From Histomonas meleagridis 2922-C6/04-290x (taxonomy: Eukaryota > Protista > Parabasalia), in NCBI GenBank assembly GCA_020184695.1, contig JAANOX010000233.1, positions 192,334-256,333 on the forward strand: DNA of 64,000 bases, read 5' to 3'. A program made the position numbers and the translations under genes. Positions 54,685-64,000 of this stretch are shown in pieces. Each line of letters starts with the position of its first letter. Position 1 is the stretch's first letter. Below the pieces are notes generated by a model that was not told the origin of the DNA, ran no database searches, and was given only the letters and a program-made list of their open reading frames with translations.

Positions 54685-57600
54685 CTATTTAAAATAGTTG
54701 TTAATGTCTCCTTTTTCATATGTGGACTTTAATGTTCTCGGGAACTTCACGACATTAGTGATAGTTTGATTAGGATTCAATTTAAATTTGGTTGTACCTA
54801 ATAATAAATTAAATTCTATTTCATTATTTTTATATACAGAACGATACAATTTCATGATATCATCATCATAATCAAGATTTGCATGTATATATCTAGTATC
54901 GGTAGGTATACCTTTTGCCCTAGACATATAACCTATACCACCATCATTATATAATAATTTATCGATATAGGTTTTCTTCATGATGAAGTAGCTTTCAACT
55001 GCGCAGTTGACATCGCTTCTACCATCGTCACTAGTAAAATCGGAATGAAATTGCCCTAAATTATTACCTATTAGTTTTCTATTATATTTAGCCTCGAAGG
55101 CTGTTTCTAATTTAGGTAAATCCGATTTTACTATATGCATTGAGTCTGTATCTTGATAAAAAATTTTACAGCCAATGTCATATGCTAAGCACATCACTTC
55201 GTTCATGATTCTTTTTGACATGCTTAATATTTGAACGCCTAACAACGATAAGTTAAAATGCTTATCTATAGGTCGTTTTATATTAAATGATTCTATATTT
55301 GAATCATTAATCAGAATTCTTTCTATTATTCGAAAGTAATTCTTTATGGCATAGTTATCTGCCCGAGTACCTTTTTTCAAGTACTTCCACTCTTTGTTAA
55401 TCGGCTTTTCAATTGTTTTGCCGTAACAACTATTCATAATTAATTTGTATATTTGTTGGAGAGGGTTATTTTTGTTGTTTGTATTCCACACGTTTTTTTG
55501 AAATATATCTTTGATTACTTTTTGAATTGTGGAATCATAACCCTCATCCCAGTAATAACCTCTTATTAATTTAAATTGAATTTGTTGATATTGAATTAAA
55601 TCGTCTAATGCTATATTATCAACAACCATAGTAACAGGGTTGTCTTCAGTAATATTATTATCATCATTTAAATTTAATTCATTAATTCTTTGAACTATTA
55701 AAGGGAATGGGTAATGTTTTCTAACTTTAGTAATGATGATTTCAACTACATAAGCGTTAGTATTATTATTTAAATAATTTAAATTTAATTGTTCTTCTTT
55801 AATTACTTTTGGAGGACCATTAATTACACTTATTCTAGCCATTGCTGATGGGTATAATGATACGGCATCAAAGTCATATAATTCTTCTTTGATGTGCCAT
55901 TTTTTATTATATGCAGTCATGCATCTTCCACCATAAACTGCTCTGGCTATAAAGTGTCTAACATGACCCCCAACTTGGAATAAATTATTGTTTGTTGAAT
56001 AAACTTTCTGTGTAAATACTGCATTAGCTAAAGATGATATTGATAAATAATGAAAAGGTAAAATATCGAATGATTCTTGAAAGCCTAAGCAAAAACGATT
56101 AAAGCCTTCACGTAATATTCTTACGTCTTGCCTACAATAAAAGATCGCATATTCCCACATATTAAAAGTGGCTTCATCAATGCGACAGTTTGGGATGTTA
56201 ATAATGTTATTAAAGAATTCTGTATAATTGTTTTCATCCCAAGGCTTATCCTCGTAAATGCCTGCTTCATCAATTAAACCTACCCCTGATTCTAATCGTT
56301 GTAAAGTGTAATAACGATAGGGGAATATTTCTTTTTTAACACCTTTAATACCAAACATTGAAGGCAATAACTTAAGTTTACAAGTTAATATTGGTAAAGT
56401 GTCTCTAAAGTAAATTATTTTTTGTTAAATTCTACATCCATTGATAATACCTTTGTCCCTTTAATAGTTGATTTTTTAATACCATATTTTGCTATAAATT
56501 TTGAATCATAAGCTAAATTATTAAAATATATTGTTGAATTATTTGGTAAATAATCTAATAAATCTTCACCACTATTAGGTCCTTTAAAAACCTGTTCTTC
56601 ACTACCATCATATTTCTGAACCACACATAAATATGGTTGATGAATATCACCTGTAATATCTGACTAAAAATCTCCATAATAAATTAAATTTGTATCGATA
56701 AATTTCTCTTTCTTCTTCTTACTAATATAACGTCTAACACAAGTATTGGGATTACAATCTAATGAATAATTCATCCCATTATAACATTGATCTGAAAAAT
56801 CTGTACGTAATAAAGGGAAATAAGAATATGTAATTGGTGTAAATAAATTTTTCTTCATTAAAATAGTAATTAATTGTAAAGTATCGCATTTCTTTTTACT
56901 TTTTGAATTAATTAAATTTGGTTCATCGAAATGCTGTACATAATCTAAGGTAAAAGGTGTTATTTCTTTAATAAAGTAATGTTGTTCAAATAAATATAAA
57001 TGAACTTTGTATTTTGCTTTTTCTAATTTCGGTCCAATATAATTATAAGTTTGTCCTTCTTTTTGGTAAACTATTGGCCGTATTCGAAGTTTACCATTTG
57101 TATCTTCTGACTTGTATACTTTATGTATTTGAACATATACTGAATTTTCTTTACAAACAAAATCAAGTTTTGAAGCTATTTGATATTTAATTAATATTCG
57201 ACATCTCATTTTGTCGATAACATCTTCAGGGATTCCAGATTGCTTTAAAGCATAAATAAAACAGCAATCATTTAATTCTTCCCTTTGTTTATTATTTATT
57301 AATAATGTTTCAAATATTTGTAAACGTCTTAAATAATTTAATAATATAAAAGGAATATTTGGAGATACTAAATAAGGAAAGAATTGTGCCCCATTTTGAT
57401 TAGCATTTGGAACAAGTTGCATCCCAAAACCAGTTAAATGAATCCAATATGGTATATAAGCATTATCTTCATCTGAACCTTCAAATTCATAAATTTTAGT
57501 ATAATCTGGTTCAATATCTCCTCCAAGTTCAGTAAAACTTGTTAAAATATTACGATAAAATTCATTTAAACATGGTTTTTGACACCAATCTGCATCCAGC

Positions 57601-57974
57601 CTTCTATAATTGACAAAATAATGTTGAGCAATACTAATTCTACCTATATGATTTTGTATATGTTCTAAAATAATAACATAAAATTGATGACGTTGAGGGT
57701 CTGTAAAACCTCTAAATTCTATAATAAAATTATCTGGATTAATACGAAGAAATTGACGTAAATTTATAAAATTATTTTTAAAATCATTTCTAGTAATTAT
57801 ATAATTAGGAACTGGAGGTGGATTAGGTGTTTGATGTGGAGGTGGTGAAAAAGGTGGAGGTGGTGGGTTATCAGGGACAGGATATTTATTATTAAGTCTA
57901 TGTTTAGATGGTGTTGGAGTAGATTGTTTAACAGGTGGATAAATAAGAATTGATTTATCATCTATGATGGGCAT
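54685..57974 (-). pseudogene. Protein-primed family B DNA polymerase (pPolB) with upstream vOTU-like domain; one in-frame stop and a frameshift
   Basis: Exo I YYGDF*SD (E to stop), Exo II FNNLAYD, Exo III YCRQDV, Pol A DFDAVSLYPSAM, Pol B KLIMNSCYGK, Pol C YQDTDS; upstream NDCCFIYAL...QHY. Confidence 0.92.
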
Positions 57975-57992
57975 TCTTTTTTTCAGTTACTT

Positions 57993-60679
57993 TTACATGT
58001 TTTTTTGTTTAAGTGGAATTTCAAAAACATTTACATCTGAATCTATAATTGGTTCCGGTTTTTCAATTCTTGTTGGTTCGACCGGATTTATAAAATCATT
58101 ATCATTTTCAGGTAGGTATATAAATTCTGTATTTAATGGTATTGATCCTTCATCAATTTCCTGTTGTTCATTAAAACCTAAATAAACTATATCTGGATCT
58201 TCTTCTTCTTCTTGATGAGTTTCAGTCCAAGGTTTAATTTCTACTGGTTCGTTTTTATCTTCTTCTTCATATAATAAAGGTATTGTTTTACCTGAATAAA
58301 ATTCTGATTTTTTCTTATCAGTATTTAATTTGTCTGTAAAAAATTCTACCCAATGATAATATATCAATATTAATTAATATTGATCAATATTATTTAAATT
58401 TTCAAAAAAGTTAATAATAAATAAAGCATTTTTCCAACAAATAGATATGCTGTTGAATATTTGAAATAAATAATTACGTATAGACTTTAGTGAGACCCAA
58501 TTATTATTGTCGTATTGATTTTCTAAATAATCTTGTCTTAACTAAAACAAATCTTCTAGATTATAATCAACTGTATTAATAAAAAATATTCGTTGATTAA
58601 ATCCCTATAGAAGGTATAAAATTATTGTATATAGAATTTTTTAAAATAATTTCGAAATTATAATTAATATTATTATAATAATCATCTATAATATTATATA
58701 AAGACATGGTATTTTTATCGTCAAATATTTTAGTAAATTTAAATAAAGTAATTTTGATTTTTGGCATATTATATTGAATTTTTTCTTTTTCAATAATTTC
58801 TTCCTCTTCGATTTTCTCTTCTTCTTCTTCTGGAATATATGTGAAACTTTCAGTGGGTCTTCCGTCCCATATTAATTTAAATTTGTATTTATATTTAGTT
58901 GAAGGATAATAAAACAAGTCTTTATTAATGTAGAATATTTTTAAACCTTTTTTAACATCATTATCTAATAAAAATTTTAATAATGTTATCATTATTCTCA
59001 TAATATGATTAAATAATTCTTCATCATCAATATAAATATTGTACAAATGTTGTGAAATTGTTTTTTGTATTTCTTCATCATATTCAATACTGAAATCAAA
59101 ATCTAATATTACTTTTATTTCAGGTACATCTAGCATATATCTAAAAAAGTATTTGAACCAATCTTTAAATAAAACAATGAGAAATTGTTTATCTCCAAAA
59201 GTAAAATCACTAAAAAAATTCAAATAAAATAAAGTAAACTTATGATCATAAAATAAAGTATTAAATATATCAAAAATATATGCTGGATATTTGTTTTGAT
59301 GAATAAAAAAGGTTTCATTGCTTTCACTATCATTAATATATCTAAAATTATAATTCAAAAATTCATCAAAATCATAAACAATGGAATAACCTTGATCATT
59401 TTCTTCTCTATATTCTTTTTGTATAACGAAACCTATAATGAATTTTCTTTCAATTTTGTTGTGGTCTGGTAAATATTTAATTAGTAATTTATCAAAATCG
59501 TCTAATAATAAAGAATAATGTGTATCCATAAATGTTTCAACTAATTTGTATGTAAAAAGTTCATTTTCATATGTTAGTATATGTTGTACTAATACATTTT
59601 CATTTTCTTCATTTTTTTCAATCTCTTCGTACCATATAGAATTAAATTTTGTTGATTCTTTGTTTAAATCAAATTGAATGTCTCTATTAATTTGTTTTGC
59701 TAACATTATATCTAAATCTTTGGTTTTTGTTATAATAGTGTTTTCTTTTTGTTTTTTTTCTTTTTCTTTATCTTCTTTTTCTTCTTCTTCTTTTATTCTT
59801 TTTTCATTTTGTATTTGTTGATAAGTTTTACTAACAAATATTTTATTGTATATTTCCGGAAATTCTTGTTTTAATTTAGTTTTTTTATTAATTAAATACA
59901 ATACACTATATAATAATCTTAATAATTCAAAAAAACAGACTTTAATATTAGTGTATTTTTGTAATTCTGGATAACTAGGTGGGATAGTTAAGGTGACATC
60001 ATTTACTTTCAAGAAAGTTACCTCAAAATTGGGTATAAAATAAGAAAACTTCAACAACCAATTTTAGAATATGTTTATAAGAGATACTTGATCTTCATTC
60101 TTCATTTCATCGAAAAAATTCATAAAAAATAATCCAATCTGTGTATCAGAAGCTATGGAATTAAACCAATCTATAATATACACAGGATAATTTTTTTTGA
60201 TAAAATAAAAAGGTTCTTCGTTTTGTAATTCTTCAATATTAGATTCTATAAAAAGATTAATATCAAGTTCTTCATCTGTTCCTTCTATTTTGAAATATAT
60301 ATTAAAAATATTATTACGTTTTGGACTTATATTGGGTAAAAAGAAGGTAAATCTATTGTGTTGTGAATAAAAAGCATATGGAGAATTTTTAAGGATATGT
60401 TGAACTCGACTGATATAAGAATAATGATAATTAGAATAAGTAAATTGTGTTTTTTTGTTTTCACTATTTAAATATATAATACTATCATAAAATATTTGGT
60501 ATTTTTGCAATTTTTCGGGTTTTTGTACAATTTGTTCTTCTTCTTGTGTGTTGCGCCATATATTTTTGGGATTTTTTTGATGGTTGTTGTGGTGGTTCAT
60601 ATTCTTCTTCTTCTTTTATTTTTATTTTCTTTTTTGTTGATTTAATGACTGGACTTTTGTAATTTGTCTTAGTCTGCAT
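57993..60679 (-). pseudogene. Long acidic region upstream of pPolB (probably its N-terminal extension), with three copies of a roughly 50-aa module
   Basis: ORFs 60485-60679, 60064-60600, 58597-60057 and 57993-58367 abut via single stops or frameshifts; the same order is seen in the 44.8-47.4 kb relic. Confidence 0.55.
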
Positions 60680-60848
60680 TGATAAAATGAAGTGGAATAA
60701 TAACTGTCTAACATTGTATCAAAATATTCTGTGAAAAATGTTTAAGTCAATTTTTGATAATATTTTAAGGAGTAAATTATATCAAATAACTTTGCCACAG
60801 AGGTTTTAGTCAAAATTTGATAATATTTTTATAAATATAAATGTTTAT

Positions 60849-62487
60849 TTAATAACCGTCTGGTGTACCATTGGCATAATATGTCAAACCGTTATGTAAA
60901 TCTAATGTGAAATAAGTATCACGACAAATGAATAATTGTGGAGGAGGTGGATGATTTCCAGCATCATCAACATTATAATAAGTAACATTAGCTTGAGTAT
61001 ATATAGGTTGTTCCTTAATTTGTATCGGGATGTTTTGACCGTTAGAGTCTAAGCCGTCGAATACGTAACCACCACGCGAACGTTCACATTGTATATTAAG
61101 CATAAAAGAAGTAGCATCACTTAATGTATTATCATATCTTGTACCATTAGAAGCATTTCTATCCATAGTTAAAGTATCTTCGTTTTCTTTAGATCATTGT
61201 ATACCACCATCTAAATCAGAAGCAACTAATTGATATTGTTAAAAATCTAGCACCTAAAGTAGAAACAGGTTCATCAGGATAATTTTGACCTGCAATAGTT
61301 AATTGTACATTATTATAAATAGGATTATCGAAACAAGTATAATCATTAGCATGTTTTGGAAATACAACTGTGATAGTTGTAACATTAAATAAAGGCATAT
61401 TAATAGTAGATTGTATACCAGATTCGGTAGCAGCTAATGAATATGCATTATAATCTAATTGTTGTGAAGGAATTATTAAACCTCCAGGTTGTTGAAGTAT
61501 TTGAGCTATTTGATTTAAAGTTTCTTCTTTAACTCCAAAACCATACATATTAGATTTACATGAAAGTACAGTTAAACCTGTACAATATAAAGAAACATTC
61601 TCAGTTGCAGTATCAATAGTATGATTAGTTTCAGTATCACATTTAAATGTAGTAGTTATATTAGCAGAATTACCTATTTGAGTAAAAACCATGAGTAAAT
61701 AAAGGTAAATTATTAAAATGTAGCATTAATAGAAGAATCTTCTAAAAATTCTTTTAACTAATTTAATTTTACGTGGATCTACTTTGACACCAAACTAAAC
61801 CATTTTGTTTAACATAAAAACTTTAATTCAATATCACCAACTAATCTATTTCGGATATATCTCAAATTCTTGTAAAGCTAATATATCTTCAAATGGAAGA
61901 TTCATTTCAAATTCGATATCATGTTTATTTCCATCTGCAATTGTATTTAAGTCAACTTAAGTACTACAAAACAGATTGAGAATATTCTGAAACATTTTCA
62001 TATAAAGAATGTGTATATTTTCTAGTTTTCTTTTCAGCATAGGGTTTAATTGTAGAATAACAATAACCTTCACGACAACATTCATTTTGTTGATAACCAG
62101 TAGAAATATTATTAGACATAATTTGTCATTGATCTAATAATTGATTAGAACTCTTAAAACCTATAAATATTTTTAGCTAAATCTTTCTGGATCTGTCAAA
62201 ATTACTAGAATTTAATAGCTTTTTGATAATTGTACAGTTATTCTAATTTTAAAATTAATAAAACCTTCAGTTATTTGTGAAACCATATGATCACCATGAG
62301 TAATTCTTAATCTAGTTTCTTGTGATTGATTAAATGGTGCATTTTGATCATGACAATCTTCAGTTCTTAAAATAAAAGAACGAGTACCATCATTTTTAGC
62401 AATTAAATCTTTAAGACGATCAAAATAAGCTCCAACATTACCTTGATCATTTTGTTCATTTTTAGATTGCGTATTATTATAATACAT
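60849..62487 (-). pseudogene. Probable major capsid protein (double jelly roll), frameshifted
   Basis: About 1.64 kb of broken beta-rich frames (GFINFKIRITV, NVQLTIAGQNYP, PQLFICRDTYF). Size and position fit a Maverick MCP; fold not verified. Confidence 0.55.
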
Positions 62488-62521
62488 TAATAAAAATGAA
62501 AAATATTTTTCATAATTTTTA

Positions 62522-62807
62522 ATGGCGTGGGGGTTGTGGAATAAATTTAAAAACGGTATAAAGAAAATAGGACCTTTACTTAAAAAAGTGAAAGAAGGAT
62601 TCGCAAAAATTAGTCCTCATATTGCAAAAGGTTATGAATTTGCAAAACAACATAAAGAAGATATTAAAAAAAATAAATTATCTTAAAAAGTTACCTGTAG
62701 ATAAAATATTTGAAGTAGGTGATAGAATAGCTCCTATATTTAAATCAGTAGGTATGGAAGCAAATGATAAGAGCTTTTCTAATTTACATTATGCATTTTA
62801 TAAATAA
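62522..62807 (+). pseudogene. Small basic amphipathic protein A (MAWGLWNKFKNGIKKIG...), frameshift in an A8 run near 62670
   Basis: ATG at 62522 gives 54 aa to TAA; an alternative frame continues to 62807. Confidence 0.7.
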
Positions 62808-62838
62808 AGAAATAAAATATTTATTTTTATTATTATTT

Positions 62839-63108
62839 ATGGCGTGGGGTTTTTGGAACAAAATTAAAAACGGATTTAAAAAAGCTGGTGCTTGGATTAA
62901 AAATAAAATTATTAAACCAGTCGGAAGATTTATTGGTAATGTATGGAATAAAGTAGCTAAACCTGTTGTAAATACAGTAGGTAAAATACCTGGAATTGAA
63001 AATTTACCTGGTCATGCAGGTGCTATTGCAAAAGGAATTAAAATAGCAGATAAATTATCACCTGTTATAGATGGTGTAGCAAATGCACTAGTTGGTCAAA
63101 AGAAATAA
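62839..63108 (+). CDS. Small basic amphipathic protein B, 89 aa (MAWGFWNKIKNGFKKAGAWIKNKIIKPVG...)
   Basis: Intact ORF from the ATG at 62839; paralogous N-terminus to 62522. Confidence 0.75.
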   Translation: MAWGFWNKIKNGFKKAGAWIKNKIIKPVGRFIGNVWNKVAKPVVNTVGKIPGIENLPGHAGAIAKGIKIADKLSPVIDGVANALVGQKK

Positions 63109-63136
63109 TAAAATATTATTTATATATATATTGTTT

Positions 63137-63210
63137 TTGAATTTTTTGAAACTAAACTATACCAAATCCCAGGCGTCCAATTTGGTATAGTTTAGTTTCA
63201 AAAAATTCAA
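63137..63210. repeat. Perfect 31-bp inverted repeat with 12-nt spacer
   Basis: TTGAATTTTTTGAAACTAAACTATACCAAAT - CCCAGGCGTCCA - ATTTGGTATAGTTTAGTTTCAAAAAATTCAA. Confidence 0.95.
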
Positions 63211-63282
63211 TGCTATAGCATTTTCTGACACTGAGTTTTTGTTATAATGTTAAATCAGTTATTTATCAGTTCACTTTGATAA

Positions 63283-63698
63283 ATGCAACAGTTCAGCAGC
63301 GACAGTGAAAACGAGGAAGAAGAAGTTAGGTTATATAGTTCAAAGGGATATTATGATCCGATGAACTTGGTTGAAGAAAACTTTGGTCCTATGTCTATAG
63401 AAAGTTACATTATTAGCAAAGTGCGGCCTTCAAATATAAATGTCTGGTTTGATGTAGATATAGTTATAGGGGACTTTGATTTTATGTACACTTATTTATG
63501 TCGAATTATAAACCTGAGGTTATAGAAACCTATTACAACAAAAATAGGTTAGATATTCCTGAAATTACAAATTTAAAAGATATAGAAAAACAGAGAAGGG
63601 TGACATTTACGAATGCAATTATATTTGAGAAACCAATACCATTTTCAGCTTTACGACAAAATAGAAATAAGTATATTATTAACTTCATTGTTGGTTGA
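63283..63698 (+). pseudogene. Frameshifted hypothetical ORF (63283-63525 plus 63498-63698)
   Basis: Two overlapping frames that read as one interrupted protein. Confidence 0.35.
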
Positions 63699-64000
63699 TT
63701 CACTTAGAAATGCATGATACCATCTTCCGAAATTACTCTCTAATTGAGTTAAATGAATCTCTAGATAATGAATATTATTAGTAATTGGTGGCTTTTTATT
63801 ATCAGTAATTGGTATTGATACTTTGATATTTCTCTGTTTGAAAAATTCAATCAACTCTTGATGTACAAAATAGAAATCTTGAAAATTTTTATGTTTGATA
63901 ATCATGCCAATTGGCTTAATTCTAAAATTGTTAAAATTGCCAAGTTTGTCATCTTTTGGTCCAAAAAATAAAGCAACCGCTGTAGCATCTGGATCTTTTT
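63651..64000 (-). CDS. Hypothetical protein, 5'-partial (frame open to the window edge)
   Basis: KDPDATAVALFFGPKDDKLGNFNNFRIKPIGMIIKHK... continues into ORF 63651-63905. Confidence 0.45.
   Translation of the reverse strand, partial: KDPDATAVALFFGPKDDKLGNFNNFRIKPIGMIIKHKNFQDFYFVHQELIEFFKQRNIKVSIPITDNKKPPITNNIHYLEIHLTQLESNFGRWYHAFLSESTNNEVNNILISILS

Larger units (their letters stand above)
47433..64000. mobile_element. Maverick/Polinton (endogenous virus-like element), decaying; termini not identified, probably continues past the window end
   Basis: pPolB, rve integrase, A32-like ATPase and capsid-like ORFs are co-located, with short A/T-rich intergenic gaps. Confidence 0.9.

Overview
Very AT-rich eukaryotic DNA, most likely from a parabasalid protist (Trichomonas/Tritrichomonas/Histomonas-like), judged from BspA-type LRR surface proteins, DUF3447-like relics, near-intronless compact genes and Maverick elements. 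Bases 1-27.2 kb are gene-dense host sequence: a USP7-like deubiquitinase (5'-partial), a tandem BspA cluster, a GAF protein with a degenerate PDE-like domain, a Sec5-like protein, PDK1, API5, a GPR107/108-like protein, an Sfi1-like protein and a third BspA. Bases 27.6-64 kb are a nested transposon island. On the minus strand, an intron-containing tRNA-Tyr(GTA) gene (43474-43555) is followed by two head-to-tail copies of an RLE-type non-LTR retrotransposon (C2H2 fingers, RT, CCHC, PD-(D/E)xK nuclease). The copies are separated by a 17-bp duplication of the tRNA 3' end, which points to tRNA-targeted insertion. Both copies are interrupted by DNA transposons: a pogo-like element, mariner fragments and two Tc1-type elements that each carry a Myb domain behind the transposase. 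From about 44.8 kb lie an inverted Maverick relic and a decaying Maverick/Polinton. The latter encodes a penton-like ORF, a fibre with phage-tail motifs, an integrase, a packaging ATPase, a very long pPolB locus, a probable major capsid protein and two amphipathic-peptide genes resembling adenovirus protein VI. All family calls come from motif recognition by eye; no database search was run.
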